Shown: positions 47,370 to 57,234 of the stretch, piece by piece
How the letters are laid out: every line of letters begins with the position of its first letter
Numbering within the stretch: position 1 is the stretch's first letter
Source: Candidatus Aenigmatarchaeota archaeon
GTDB lineage: Archaea > Aenigmatarchaeota > Aenigmatarchaeia > CG10238-14 > SCSR01
NCBI GenBank assembly: GCA_014238095.1
Contig: JABABT010000017.1
Coordinates: forward strand, 1-61,482
Direction: 5' to 3'
Length of the DNA: 61,482 bases
Translations under genes and position numbers: made by a program
The notes under the pieces: generated by a model
The model's database searches: none
What the model was told of the DNA's origin: nothing
Seen by the model: the letters and a program-made list of their open reading frames with translations, nothing else

Positions 47370-47583
47370 TTTTAAATTCAAAATTAAAATACCTTGTAGT
47401 GAACCTAAAATAATTGTTGAAAGTTTAATTCCTGATATTAAAAAAGATAAATATTCTAAAATTAATTTAAAATTTGGAAAAGATTATATTGAATTATTTG
47501 TTTCTAATTCTAAAATTGGACATATGAAAGCTATTGTAAATACTTACATTTCTTTAATACAAACTCTACAAAATATTGAATAA
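47356..47583 (+). CDS. pcc1: KEOPS subunit Pcc1-like protein
   Basis: 75 aa. 'FKFKIKIPCSEPKIIVESLIPD' and 'IGHMKAIVNTYISLIQ' match the Pcc1 pattern as I recall it. It has a TTG start overlapping rpoP, and the synteny with rpoP and pfdB fits. Confidence 0.6.
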   Translation: MSQNNFKFKIKIPCSEPKIIVESLIPDIKKDKYSKINLKFGKDYIELFVSNSKIGHMKAIVNTYISLIQTLQNIE

Positions 47584-47807
47584 ATTTATAATTAAAATCT
47601 TTCAAATATATTTTGTGGAATAAATAATTAAAATTAATAATTATTCAAAAATCCTAATATTTTTTTCATTTATTTTTAATCTTCTGTTTCTTTATTAACA
47701 AACATTTCAAATAATTATTTATGGTTAAATTTGAAGATTTTTAAACAAAAACTTTCAAATATACTTCTTTATAAATATCAATTTTCAGATATGTATGTAG
47801 GATTTTT

Positions 47808-48143
47808 ATGAAAGATATGTCAGATGATACAAAACAAGCATTTATGGAATTCCAAACATACCAACAACAATTTCAGGCTATTGCTGTTCAAAGAGAAAAT
47901 ATGAAAATACAAGAAATGGAAATTGAGAAGGCTCTTGATGAATTAAAAAATACAGAAGAAAAAACAGCTTATAAAATTACTGGTGCTGTTATGGTAAGTA
48001 AACCTATAGAAGAAATAATTTCTGATTTGAATGATACAAAAGAAGCTATTAGTGTTAGGATGAAAAGTTTTGATAAAACAGAAGAACAACTTACAAATAA
48101 AATAAAGGAAATTCAGGAAAAATTAAGAGGTGCTGTTAAATGA
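47808..48143 (+). CDS. pfdB: prefoldin beta subunit
   Basis: 111 aa with a coiled-coil / beta-hairpin / coiled-coil layout ('YKITGAVMV'). The synteny is conserved. Confidence 0.85.
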   Translation: MKDMSDDTKQAFMEFQTYQQQFQAIAVQRENMKIQEMEIEKALDELKNTEEKTAYKITGAVMVSKPIEEIISDLNDTKEAISVRMKSFDKTEEQLTNKIKEIQEKLRGAVK

Positions 48144-48400
48144 TATCAGCATGTACTGAAATTTCCCAAATAATTCAATTACTTGATATAATTATTTCTG
48201 ATAGAACTGTACCAAAAAATATTAGGAAAATTATAGAAGATTCTAAAACAGAATTAAATTCCAATGAAAAATCTAAGGAATTGAAAATTTCAACTGCGAT
48301 TCATTTATTGGATGATATAACAAATGATCCTAATATGCCTCAATATACTAGAACTCAACTTTGGAATACAGTAAGTATGCTTGAAGAACTTAGAAAATAA
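48140..48400 (+). CDS. UPF0147 family protein (COG1698)
   Basis: 86 aa with 'IISDRTVPKNIRKIIED' and 'LLDDITNDPNMPQYTRTQLWNTVSMLE'. It overlaps the pfdB stop by 4 nt. Confidence 0.75.
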   Translation: MISACTEISQIIQLLDIIISDRTVPKNIRKIIEDSKTELNSNEKSKELKISTAIHLLDDITNDPNMPQYTRTQLWNTVSMLEELRK

Positions 48401-48462
48401 TTTTTTTATAATTGGAATTAAATATATAAATCATCTTTTCAATATTAATTTATATTGATTAT

Positions 48463-48819
48463 ATGATTCTAAACAAAATAAAGAAAATTATGAAACAGAA
48501 TTCAAAAAATAAAAATTATATTGAAAAAAATTATTTGGAAATTGTAGAAGATAGTTTAAAATCAAATCAAAATATAGAATTGAAAATTGAAAAATTAAAA
48601 GATTATAATGATGTTGAAAGAGTACAAAAAGAATTAAGAGAAGGTAGTATAATATTTTTGAATATAAAAGAATTACGTGTAAGAGATATTTCTGAATTAA
48701 AAAAATCTGTTGATAAATTAAGAAAAACATGTACAGCAATCGATGGAGATATTGTTGGAATTGAAAATGAATATTTAATAATAACGCCTAGTTTTGCTGA
48801 AATTTATAGAGGTAAATAA
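48463..48819 (+). CDS. sepF: SepF-like cell division protein (DUF552)
   Basis: 118 aa with 'LKDYNDVERVQKELREGSIIFLNI' and 'IDGDIVGIENEYLIITP', typical of archaeal SepF. Confidence 0.7.
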   Translation: MILNKIKKIMKQNSKNKNYIEKNYLEIVEDSLKSNQNIELKIEKLKDYNDVERVQKELREGSIIFLNIKELRVRDISELKKSVDKLRKTCTAIDGDIVGIENEYLIITPSFAEIYRGK

Positions 48820-50313
48820 TTATTTTATAATTTTTCCTATTTCTTCAAATTTTATTTTACCATCTAAAAGATTTCTTAGAATAGATTCTAAAAATTCAAT
48901 TTTAACAAATATTTGTTTCTTAGTATTTCTATCTCTTAATGTAACCTTACCTGTTTCTTTTGTACCATAATCAATTGTAATACAATACAATGTTCCTCTT
49001 TCATCTTCTCTATAATACATTTTACCAATACTACCACTATGGTCAAAAACAGCGTCGAATTTTCCACTTAAATTTTCAAATATTTTTCTTGCTTCAATAT
49101 CTAAACCTGATTTGTTAACAAGTGGAAATACTGCAATTTCAAAAGGAACAATAGGTGAAGGTAGATTCAAAAAAATTCTTTCTCCATCTTTTTTATGAAA
49201 TATTTCTATTAATGAATAAATATTTCTATCTACACCAAATGAAAGTTCTATAACATGAGGAATTATTTTTTTCTTTTTATCACTCAAAAAAACTTTTTGT
49301 GATTTTCCTGATAATTTTTCATGATTTTTTAAATCATAATCTGTTCTATAATGAATTCCACCAACTTCCTTAAATCCTCCAAGACTTAATAAATCTAATT
49401 CAATATCAAAATGGATTTTATTATAAAACGCTTTTTCTTCATTTGAAAGTTTTCTGAATCTAAACTTTTCTTTTGGAATTTTTAAAATATCCAAATAAAA
49501 TTTCTGAATTTTTGACATATAATACACATAAAATTTTGGTATTTTCATATTAGAAACTAAATTATTACATGTAATTTCAATATTTTTTTTATTTTCATTT
49601 AAAATAATTTTATAATCTTTTATTTCATCCCAAGAACTAATATTTTCTATTTCTTCAAAATCAAAAAATATTTGAAGTTCAGCTTGAGTAAATTCACGTG
49701 TTCTTGTAATTAAATTTCTAGGAGATATTTCATTTCTAAAAACTTTCCCTATAATTGCCAAACCCATTGGTAATCTATTTCTTAAAATATTATATTGTCT
49801 CATAAAATTAGTAAAAGCTCCTTGTGCTGTTTCTGGTCTCATAAAAGCATTTTTGTCTTTTTCTCCAATATTAATAGAGAACATCATATTCAATACATAA
49901 AATTCTTTAAATTCTCCTTTACAATTTGGACATTTTATATTATATTTCTTTATTAATTCTTTTAGTTCTTCTATAGTAAGTCCCTCAAAATTTTCTTTTA
50001 GAAAATCTTCGAGTATATGATCAGCTCTATGTTGTGTACCACATTTACTACATTTTGCAACTGGGTCTACAAAATTATTTAAATGACCACTTGCAGCAAA
50101 AACATTTTTATGCATTATATTACTTGGTTCTATTTCTACGAAATTTTCATTTAAACCTAAAAAATATTTTCTCCAAACATTTTCAAATTTCCTTTTCAAT
50201 AAAGTACCATTATTACCATAATCATAAAATCCTGCTAATCCACCATAAATTTCTGATGATTGCCAGAAGAAACCTTTTTTCCTAACAAATTCATCTATCT
50301 TATCTATTTCCAT
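48820..50313 (-). CDS. glyS: glycyl-tRNA synthetase (archaeal/eukaryotic alpha2 type)
   Basis: 497 aa with 'GFFWQSSEIYGGLAGFYDYGNNG', 'MRPETAQG', 'GKVFRNEISPR' and 'ELSFGVDR'. Confidence 0.92.
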   Translation of the reverse strand: MEIDKIDEFVRKKGFFWQSSEIYGGLAGFYDYGNNGTLLKRKFENVWRKYFLGLNENFVEIEPSNIMHKNVFAASGHLNNFVDPVAKCSKCGTQHRADHILEDFLKENFEGLTIEELKELIKKYNIKCPNCKGEFKEFYVLNMMFSINIGEKDKNAFMRPETAQGAFTNFMRQYNILRNRLPMGLAIIGKVFRNEISPRNLITRTREFTQAELQIFFDFEEIENISSWDEIKDYKIILNENKKNIEITCNNLVSNMKIPKFYVYYMSKIQKFYLDILKIPKEKFRFRKLSNEEKAFYNKIHFDIELDLLSLGGFKEVGGIHYRTDYDLKNHEKLSGKSQKVFLSDKKKKIIPHVIELSFGVDRNIYSLIEIFHKKDGERIFLNLPSPIVPFEIAVFPLVNKSGLDIEARKIFENLSGKFDAVFDHSGSIGKMYYREDERGTLYCITIDYGTKETGKVTLRDRNTKKQIFVKIEFLESILRNLLDGKIKFEEIGKIIK

Positions 50314-50335
50314 TAAAATAGTTATATTTTAGTTT

Positions 50336-51361
50336 TTATTTCTTTAACCATGAGCCCAAATTTGATTGTAATCCATCTTTTTTCAAATCTTCTAATTTAG
50401 AAATTCTTTTTTCAATTCTATCTCTAGAGAAACCATAATCATCAGATAATAATTCAATTATTTTATCTGATTGTATTTTTCCCCATTTTATTTCTTTTTT
50501 TTCAGTTACAGGTGGATTTAAGAAAAAATTTAAAATATCATATGGATTATTACTTTCATTCCATTTTATTTTTTCTAAAATTTTATCAAGTGTTTTATAT
50601 TCTCTAACTATTTTTAATGCATTTTTTGGTCCATATCCTTTAATTCCTCTATTATAATCGGTTCCTATTAACATACCAATTAAAATAAGTTGTTCTTGAT
50701 TAATTCCCAGTATTTTTTTTATTTTATTTAATTCTAGAATTTCTGGCCTAACTTCTACCCAAACTTCCTTATTTGGAACTTTCTTTTTTCCTGAAAGTGA
50801 TAAATTTCTTATTAATTTAGGTGCTCCAAATAAAATAGAATCATAATCTTGACTTGAAACTAAATCAACTATATTTTGTTTACAAAGAAATGAACATGTT
50901 GCTTCACCTTCACTAGGAGCATTAATTATTGGAATTCCCATATAGCTTATAAGTTTTTTACTAGATTCTATAACATCAGATGTTATTCTTGTTGTTCCTT
51001 GAGCATAAGTTTTTGCATCCTTTCCTTCTTTTAATGCTATTTTCCATTTTTCCTCAGATTCTTTTTTTCTTTTTTCTCTTTTTTCTAAAGTATACATTTT
51101 GAAATTTGGTGGTTTACCATCAAAAACCATTACTGGTTTTATACCAATTTCTAATTGTTTTGAAAATCTATATAAAAGACCTGATAAATGAGAAGTTATT
51201 CTACCTTGATTATCTTTTAATAATTCTCCTGTAAATCTATCACGTATTATTGATATAAATTGATATATTGTATTATAAGCATCTATAGCAATTTTTTTAC
51301 CCGTAAGTAAATTGATATCTGTTTCTTCTCTTTCTAAAAGACTTGAAATTTGTACTCCCAT
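50336..51361 (-). CDS. fen: flap endonuclease 1
   Basis: 341 aa with 'MGVQISSLL', 'IAIDAYNTIYQF', 'PVMVFDGKPP', 'APSEGEA', 'SQDYDSILFGAP' and a C-terminal PIP-like 'LGSWLK'. Confidence 0.93.
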   Translation of the reverse strand: MGVQISSLLEREETDINLLTGKKIAIDAYNTIYQFISIIRDRFTGELLKDNQGRITSHLSGLLYRFSKQLEIGIKPVMVFDGKPPNFKMYTLEKREKRKKESEEKWKIALKEGKDAKTYAQGTTRITSDVIESSKKLISYMGIPIINAPSEGEATCSFLCKQNIVDLVSSQDYDSILFGAPKLIRNLSLSGKKKVPNKEVWVEVRPEILELNKIKKILGINQEQLILIGMLIGTDYNRGIKGYGPKNALKIVREYKTLDKILEKIKWNESNNPYDILNFFLNPPVTEKKEIKWGKIQSDKIIELLSDDYGFSRDRIEKRISKLEDLKKDGLQSNLGSWLKK

Positions 51362-51413
51362 ATAAGAAATATAAAAAAATAATATATATAAACATCATTT
51401 TCTAAATGTTTTC

Positions 51414-51908
51414 ATGGTATTAAGTTTTTATAAACAAATTGCAAAAATATGGAAAAATCCTAAAGAAAATTTAGGTGAGGTTTTAAAAAATAGACTTATT
51501 CAATGGAGAAAAGAAAATACTATTGTTAAAGTTTCCAAACCTACACGTATTAATCGTGCTAGAAGTGTTGGTTATAAAGCAAAACAAGGATATGTTATTG
51601 CACGTGTAAAAATTGGTAAGGGTGGTAGAAGACGTAAATATTATGGTCGTAGAGGAAGAAAGCCTTCTAAAATGGGTTTAACACATTTTACACATGGAAA
51701 ATCTCTTCAGAAAATATCAGAAGAAAAAGCTCAGAGAAGATTTATGAATACAAATGTTTTAGGTTCTTATTTGGCAGGAGAAGATGGTCAACATAAATGG
51801 TTTGAAATTATTATGGTAGATACTAGTCACAAAAATATTATAAAAAATAAATCAACTAGATGGGTTACTTTTGCTTCTAACAAAAAAAAGTCTTTAAGAA
51901 CTAATTGA
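51414..51908 (+). CDS. rpl15e: ribosomal protein eL15 (L15e)
   Basis: 164 aa with 'WRKENTIVKVSKPTRINRARSVGYKAKQGYVIARVKIGKGGRRR'. Confidence 0.92.
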   Translation: MVLSFYKQIAKIWKNPKENLGEVLKNRLIQWRKENTIVKVSKPTRINRARSVGYKAKQGYVIARVKIGKGGRRRKYYGRRGRKPSKMGLTHFTHGKSLQKISEEKAQRRFMNTNVLGSYLAGEDGQHKWFEIIMVDTSHKNIIKNKSTRWVTFASNKKKSLRTN

Positions 51909-51937
51909 GTTTTAAACTAGTTATTCTAAATAATAAT

Positions 51938-52651
51938 ATGAAATTTCATGATTTACATGTACATTCTGTTTTTTCTTTCGGTGAAAGTAACTTAGAACAA
52001 TTAGCAAAAACTTTTAAAGAACTTGGTTATTCTAGTTTTTGTTATTCTTTTTATTATGAAAATCTTGATCAAATAAAAAAAATTAGAGAATTAATTGAAA
52101 AAATAAGAAATAAAGTTTCAATTAAAATATATTTGGGACTTGAAGCTAGAAATGAAAAAGAAATTGAAAAAATTAAATTAATACGTAAAAAAATTGATGT
52201 TTTTTTGGTTAGTGGGGGTAATCTTAGTGTTAATAGAAAAGCTGTTGAAACACCAGAAGTGGATATATTAACACATCCTGAAAATAATAGAAATGATCCT
52301 GGATTAAATGATGTTCTTTTAAAATTTGCTGCTAAAAATAATGTTGCTATTGAAATTAATTTTAGAGAAATATTAAATTCAAGTAAAAAAAATCGTGCTA
52401 AAATTTTGTCTAATATGTTTCATAATATTAGAATCGCAAAAAAATTCAAAACTCCAATAATAGTTTCATCAGGAGCATTATCACATTTTGAAATAAAAGA
52501 TCCTCTTGTACTTACTTCATTAATTAATTTTCTTGGTTTGGAAATTGATAAAGCTAAAGAAACTTTATCAAAAATACCTGAAAATATTTTAAAAGAATCA
52601 AAAAAACGTATAAGTGATAAATGGATTATTCCTGGAGTTGAAATTAAATGA
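51938..52651 (+). CDS. rnp3: RNase P protein component 3 (Rpp30)
   Basis: The 'MKFHDLHVHS' start is PHP/TIM-barrel-like, and the L15e-Rpp30-Pop5-PsmA synteny fits. The track begins at a TTG (51905); I prefer the ATG at 51938. Confidence 0.7.
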   Translation: MKFHDLHVHSVFSFGESNLEQLAKTFKELGYSSFCYSFYYENLDQIKKIRELIEKIRNKVSIKIYLGLEARNEKEIEKIKLIRKKIDVFLVSGGNLSVNRKAVETPEVDILTHPENNRNDPGLNDVLLKFAAKNNVAIEINFREILNSSKKNRAKILSNMFHNIRIAKKFKTPIIVSSGALSHFEIKDPLVLTSLINFLGLEIDKAKETLSKIPENILKESKKRISDKWIIPGVEIK

Positions 52652-52995
52652 ATCAAAAAAAGAAATTAAAAATTTTAATACCTTCTATGAGAGAAAGAGA
52701 TAGATATATTTATTTTAAAATTATTTCTGAAAATAAAATTTCGTTTTATGATTTGGAAAATGGTATAATAAATACCATTTTAGGATTTTATGGGGAAAGT
52801 GGATTTAGTAAAATGTCTTTTTGGTTAATTAGAAATTTATGGGGTGAAGATAATTGTGGTGTTATAAAATGTAATAATAATTCTGTTTCTAAAATAATTT
52901 TGGGATTGGGTTTACTTCCAAGACTTGGAGATAGTAGAATAATTATTGATATAAATAAAATTTCTGGAACTATTAAAGGTCTAAAAATAAAATAA
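52648..52995 (+). CDS. rnp2: RNase P protein component 2 (Pop5/Rpp14)
   Basis: 115 aa with 'PSMRERDRYIYFKI', 'GVIKCNNNSV' and 'ISGTIKGL'. It overlaps the rnp3 stop. Confidence 0.75.
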   Translation: MNQKKKLKILIPSMRERDRYIYFKIISENKISFYDLENGIINTILGFYGESGFSKMSFWLIRNLWGEDNCGVIKCNNNSVSKIILGLGLLPRLGDSRIIIDINKISGTIKGLKIK

Positions 52996-53072
52996 TAATA
53001 AAGTATTTTTTTATAATAAAATGTAATAGAAAAACAATATAAATAGTCAAAATGAATTCATTATAGGTTTTT

Positions 53073-53771
53073 ATGGTTGAACAAATGCCAGAATATATGG
53101 GATATGATCGTACAATAGCTGTATTTAGTCCTGATGGAAGATTATTTCAAGTAGAATATGCAAAAGAAGCAGTTAAGAGAGGTTCAACAACAGTTGGTAT
53201 TGTTTTTAAAGATGGTGTTTTATTAGTAAGTACTAAATTAGCAAGTGGTATGATGGTTTCTTCATCATCTGAAAAAATATTTGAAATTGATAATCATATT
53301 GCAGCAAGTGCTTCTGGTTTACTTGCTGATGCTAGAGTATTAATAAATCAAGCTAGAGTAAAATCACAAATTCATAAAATAACTTATGAGGAACCTATTG
53401 ATACATGGAATGTTGCACATATTATTGGAGATAAAATGCAAATTTCAACATTATATGCAGGATTAAGACCTTATGGTGTTTCATTTTTAGTAGCTGGTGT
53501 AGATTCTACAGGATCTCATTTAATTGAATCTGATCCATCTGGTATGCTTTATGAATGGAAATGTTATTCTATAGGAAGAGGTGCACAAATTGCAAACAAA
53601 ATTTTAAAACAGAAATGGAAAAATAATATGGATAAAAAAACTGCAATATCTTTAGGAATTGAAGTTATGAAAAAATGTGAAAAAGATAGAAAACAAATTG
53701 ATATTGTACTTGTTACATCTAAAAATAAATTTAAAAGAATTAGTGAAGAAGAATTAAGAAAAGTAAAATAA
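53073..53771 (+). CDS. psmA: proteasome alpha subunit
   Basis: 232 aa with 'YDRTIAVFSPDGRLFQVEYAKEAVKRGST'. Confidence 0.95.
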   Translation: MVEQMPEYMGYDRTIAVFSPDGRLFQVEYAKEAVKRGSTTVGIVFKDGVLLVSTKLASGMMVSSSSEKIFEIDNHIAASASGLLADARVLINQARVKSQIHKITYEEPIDTWNVAHIIGDKMQISTLYAGLRPYGVSFLVAGVDSTGSHLIESDPSGMLYEWKCYSIGRGAQIANKILKQKWKNNMDKKTAISLGIEVMKKCEKDRKQIDIVLVTSKNKFKRISEEELRKVK

Positions 53772-53916
53772 ATTTTTATTCTAAAGGTACTTTTAATACA
53801 AATTTATACTTAACAAAAGTTTTATAAATCTAGTTTTTTATTTATGTTTTTGTAGAAAGAGAAAGATTAAATAATTTAGAATTATGAATTCTCTAACTCA
53901 AAATTTAGGTAAAATT

Positions 53917-54627
53917 ATGTCAATTGGAATAGATAAAGCAGTTGTAGGAAGACTTAAAATACAAGGTCAAAAATTTGAGATATTGGTAGATCCAAATAAA
54001 GTTTTAGAATTTAAAAATGGGAAGAAACATAACATATCTGATATGTTGGCATATCCTGTTATCTATAAAGATGCTGGAACAACAGAAGAGGTAGCACAAG
54101 ATGATGTAAAATTTGCTTTTGGAACAAATGATGTATTAAAAGCAGCAGAAAAGATAATTCGTGATGGTGATATTCAACTTACAACAGATCAAAGGAGAAA
54201 AATGACTAATCAGAAAAAAATACAAATTGCATCAATTATTTCAAAGAAGGGTATAAATCCACAAACAAACACACCACATCCACCAACAAGAATTGAAGGT
54301 TGTATTGATCAAATTGGTGTTAAGATAGATCCTTTTAAAAGTGCTGAAAGTCAGATTGATGAAATTGTTTCTAAAATAAAAACTATTATACCAATTAAAT
54401 TCGAAAAAATATTACTTAAATTAAAAATTTCGGGAGAACATGCTGGTAGAGCATTTCCGATAATTAAACAGATGGGAAGTTTGAAAAATGAAAAATGGTT
54501 GGATGATGGAAGTCTTCAAACAGAAGTTGAAATACTTGCTGGTATACATGAAGAATTCCTTCAGAAAATTTCAAATATATCAAAAGGTGAATATGAATCT
54601 ACTATAATTAAAGAAATGGAGATATAA
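53917..54627 (+). CDS. sdo1: SBDS-family ribosome maturation protein (Sdo1)
   Basis: 'IDKAVVGRLKIQGQKFEILVDP' is a typical N-terminus. I prefer the ATG at 53917 (AGGT 7 nt upstream) over the track start at 53884. Confidence 0.85.
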   Translation: MSIGIDKAVVGRLKIQGQKFEILVDPNKVLEFKNGKKHNISDMLAYPVIYKDAGTTEEVAQDDVKFAFGTNDVLKAAEKIIRDGDIQLTTDQRRKMTNQKKIQIASIISKKGINPQTNTPHPPTRIEGCIDQIGVKIDPFKSAESQIDEIVSKIKTIIPIKFEKILLKLKISGEHAGRAFPIIKQMGSLKNEKWLDDGSLQTEVEILAGIHEEFLQKISNISKGEYESTIIKEMEI

Positions 54628-54628
54628 T

Positions 54629-55246
54629 ATGGAAAAATTAAAAATAGAAACTAGAATAGTAATACCTGGAGAATTTATAGATGAATTAGGAAATAAAGAA
54701 ACTGGGTTAGGAACTTATATTAAAAATAATAAAATATATTCTGAAGTTATAGGTATACTTCGTAATGGAGAATCTGAAGTTTCTGTTATACCATTAAATT
54801 GTAAATACATTCCAAAACATGGAGATAGAATAATTGGAAAAGTGAAAAGTATAGAAATGTCTGGATGGATGATTGATATTAATTCTCCATATATAGGATT
54901 TTTACCAGTTTCAGAAGGTGTTGAAGAATTTGTTGATAATAGAACAGATATTAGTCAATTTTTCAATTTAGGAGACATAATATTATGTCGTGTTTCTCGT
55001 GTAACAAATAACAAATCAACACAATGTTCAATGAAAGATAATTTAGCTAGGAAACTTGTTGATGGAGTTATAATTAAAGTAACTCCAAGTAAAATACCAA
55101 GAATAATTGGAAAATCTGGAAGTATGATTAATTTAATTAAAGAAAAAACTGGAACAGATATTTTTACTGGTCAAAATGGAATTGTTTGGATTGGTGGAAA
55201 AAATTCTGATACAGCAATAAAAGCAATAGAATTAATAAATAAATAA
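54629..55246 (+). CDS. rrp4: exosome RNA-binding subunit Rrp4 (S1 + KH), ended by a possibly premature TAA
   Basis: 205 aa. S1 'PKHGDRIIGKVKSIEMSGWMIDI' and KH 'IPRIIGKSGSMINLIKEKTG'. The 17 in-frame codons after the TAA (SHTKGLTEKVETILGGN) look like the normal Rrp4 C-terminus. Confidence 0.88.
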   Translation: MEKLKIETRIVIPGEFIDELGNKETGLGTYIKNNKIYSEVIGILRNGESEVSVIPLNCKYIPKHGDRIIGKVKSIEMSGWMIDINSPYIGFLPVSEGVEEFVDNRTDISQFFNLGDIILCRVSRVTNNKSTQCSMKDNLARKLVDGVIIKVTPSKIPRIIGKSGSMINLIKEKTGTDIFTGQNGIVWIGGKNSDTAIKAIELINK

Positions 55247-55301
55247 TCTCATACTAAAGGTTTAACTGAAAAAGTTGAAACAATATTAGGAGGAAATTAA
55301 A

Positions 55302-56018
55302 ATGGGAGGAAAATCTGATATAAAATTAATTGATAATGGAAAAAGAATTGATGGAAGAAGTTTAGATGATACTAGAAATGTGAAAATAGATATGGATATT
55401 ATTAATGTTGCTGATGGTTCTGCAAGAGTAGAATTTGGAAATACTATTGCACTTTCTTCTGTATATGGACCTAGAGAATTATTTCCAAGATTTATGCAAA
55501 AACCAAATACAGGAATATTAAGGGCTAAATACAATATGGCTCCTTTTTCTGTAGATGATAGAAAAAGACCTGGATTAGATAGAAGAAGTCAAGAAATTTC
55601 AAAAGTTATGGTAAATGCTATTGAACCTATGCTTTTTTTGGAAGACTATCCTAAATCTGTTGTTGATGTTTTTGTTGAAATTATACAAGCAGATGGTTCA
55701 ACAAGAGTAACTGGAATTAATGCAGCATCTATTGCTATTGCTGCAGCTGGTATACCTATGAGAAATATTGTAACATCATGTTCAGTTGGAAAAATTGAAG
55801 ATAGTCTTGTTGTAGATCTTGATGGAAAAGAAGATAATTTTGGAAGTTGTGATCTTGCTATTGCAATGGCAACTGAAACAAGAGAAATAACTTTACTTCA
55901 AATGGATGGTGCAGTCTCAAAAGATGAATTGAAAAGTCTTCTTGAGAAAGCTGAAAATACATGTAAGAAAATTTTTGAAAAACAAAAAGAAGCTTTGAGG
56001 AATTTATATAAAAAGTGA
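55302..56018 (+). CDS. rrp41: exosome RNase PH subunit Rrp41
   Basis: 238 aa with 'GKRIDGRSLDDTRNVKI', 'DGSARVEFGNT' and 'DRRSQEISK'. AGGAGG lies 8 nt upstream. Confidence 0.93.
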   Translation: MGGKSDIKLIDNGKRIDGRSLDDTRNVKIDMDIINVADGSARVEFGNTIALSSVYGPRELFPRFMQKPNTGILRAKYNMAPFSVDDRKRPGLDRRSQEISKVMVNAIEPMLFLEDYPKSVVDVFVEIIQADGSTRVTGINAASIAIAAAGIPMRNIVTSCSVGKIEDSLVVDLDGKEDNFGSCDLAIAMATETREITLLQMDGAVSKDELKSLLEKAENTCKKIFEKQKEALRNLYKK

Positions 56019-56022
56019 TAAT

Positions 56023-56787
56023 ATGATAGAAACAAATTCAGAGAAAAAAATTAAAGATAATAAAAGATTAGATGGAAGAAGTTTACTTGATTTTAGAAAA
56101 ATTAATGTTGAAACAGATGTTATTAATAAAGCTCAAGGGTCTGCTCATGTTAGAATAGGAAACACTCAAGTTATTGTAGGAGTTAAATTAGCAATTGGAG
56201 AACCTTATGCTGATTCAATTGGTCAAGGAAATCTAATGTGTAGTGCTGAATTTACACCAATGTCTTCACCTAATTTTGAATCAGGTCCACCAAGTCCAAA
56301 TTCTATAGAACTTGCAAGAGTAATTGATAGAGGTATAAGAGAATCAAAATCAATTAATTTAGAAAACCTTTCAATTGATGAAAAACATGTTTGGACTGTT
56401 TTTGTCGATATACATATAATTAGTCATGATGGTAATTTAATGGATGCTGCAGCACTTGCTGCAATATCTGCTTTAAAAACTGCTAAAATACCTAAAATTG
56501 ACAAAGAAAAAATGCAAGTTATTGTTGGTGAATATGAAGGAAATATTCCTATAGATCATGTTCCAATAAATGTTACTGTATGTAAAATTGGAGATAAAAC
56601 AATTTTAGATCCTACTTCAGTTGAAGAAGAATTAATTGATGCAAAACTTTCAATATCTGTACGTGAAGATGATAAAATTTGTGCTTTACAAAAACAAGGA
56701 AAAGAAGGAATACTTATGGAAGAAATTGAAAAAATGATTGATTTAGCAATTTCAAAATCAAATGAAATAAGAAAAATGGTGAATTAA
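56023..56787 (+). CDS. rrp42: exosome RNase PH-like subunit Rrp42
   Basis: 254 aa with 'KRLDGRSLLDFRKINVE' and 'QGSAHVRIGNTQV'. Confidence 0.9.
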   Translation: MIETNSEKKIKDNKRLDGRSLLDFRKINVETDVINKAQGSAHVRIGNTQVIVGVKLAIGEPYADSIGQGNLMCSAEFTPMSSPNFESGPPSPNSIELARVIDRGIRESKSINLENLSIDEKHVWTVFVDIHIISHDGNLMDAAALAAISALKTAKIPKIDKEKMQVIVGEYEGNIPIDHVPINVTVCKIGDKTILDPTSVEEELIDAKLSISVREDDKICALQKQGKEGILMEEIEKMIDLAISKSNEIRKMVN

Positions 56788-56955
56788 ATGGCAATACATC
56801 ATATAACTAAAAAAATAAAATTAATAAAAATTGCTGGGTATAAAAATGCTCCTAGATTGGCAGATATTAAAAAATTTGGTCTTAAAAGAGCAAGAAGTAG
56901 AAGAATTAATGTTGGTAAAATTAAAAAATGGAGAAAAACTAGACTTAGAATTTAA
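56788..56955 (+). CDS. rpl39e: ribosomal protein eL39 (L39e), below ORF-track cutoff
   Basis: My translation is MAIHHITKKIKLIKIAGYKNAPRLADIKKFGLKRARSRRINVGKIKKWRKTRLRI. It is basic and has a 'KWRKTRL' end like L39e. GGTGA lies upstream, and the L39e-L31e-aIF6 synteny is canonical. Confidence 0.6.
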   Translation: MAIHHITKKIKLIKIAGYKNAPRLADIKKFGLKRARSRRINVGKIKKWRKTRLRI

Positions 56956-56969
56956 TTGGTGTATATAAT

Positions 56970-57230
56970 ATGGAAGAAGAAAAAACATTAACATTTAATA
57001 TTAAAAAAGAAGTTTTGAAAAATCCTAAATGGAAAAGAAGTTCAAATACAATTGCAATTTTAAAAAGAAAATTAATGAAATTTACTTCTGATAGAAAAAC
57101 ATCAAGTGTAAAAATTGATGCTAGAATTAATCATAAAATATGGGCTAGAGGTGCTAAAAACCCATTTACAAAAATTAAACTAAGAATAAGAAATATAAAA
57201 GATGGGAAAATAAAAGCTGAATTGGTGTAA
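56970..57230 (+). CDS. rpl31e: ribosomal protein eL31 (L31e)
   Basis: 86 aa with 'KWKRSSNTIAILKRKLMKF' and 'VKIDARINHKIWARGAKNP'. Confidence 0.88.
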   Translation: MEEEKTLTFNIKKEVLKNPKWKRSSNTIAILKRKLMKFTSDRKTSSVKIDARINHKIWARGAKNPFTKIKLRIRNIKDGKIKAELV

Positions 57231-57234
57231 ATGT

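Noticed and set aside
47599-47763. The 12-mer CTTTCAAATATA occurs twice (47599-47610 and 47752-47763), with a third TTTCAAATA at about 47705, in the pcc1-pfdB spacer.
   Set aside because: In DNA this AT-rich, a single 12-nt repeat within about 220 bp is close to chance expectation by my rough estimate. It may just be TATA-like promoter sequence.
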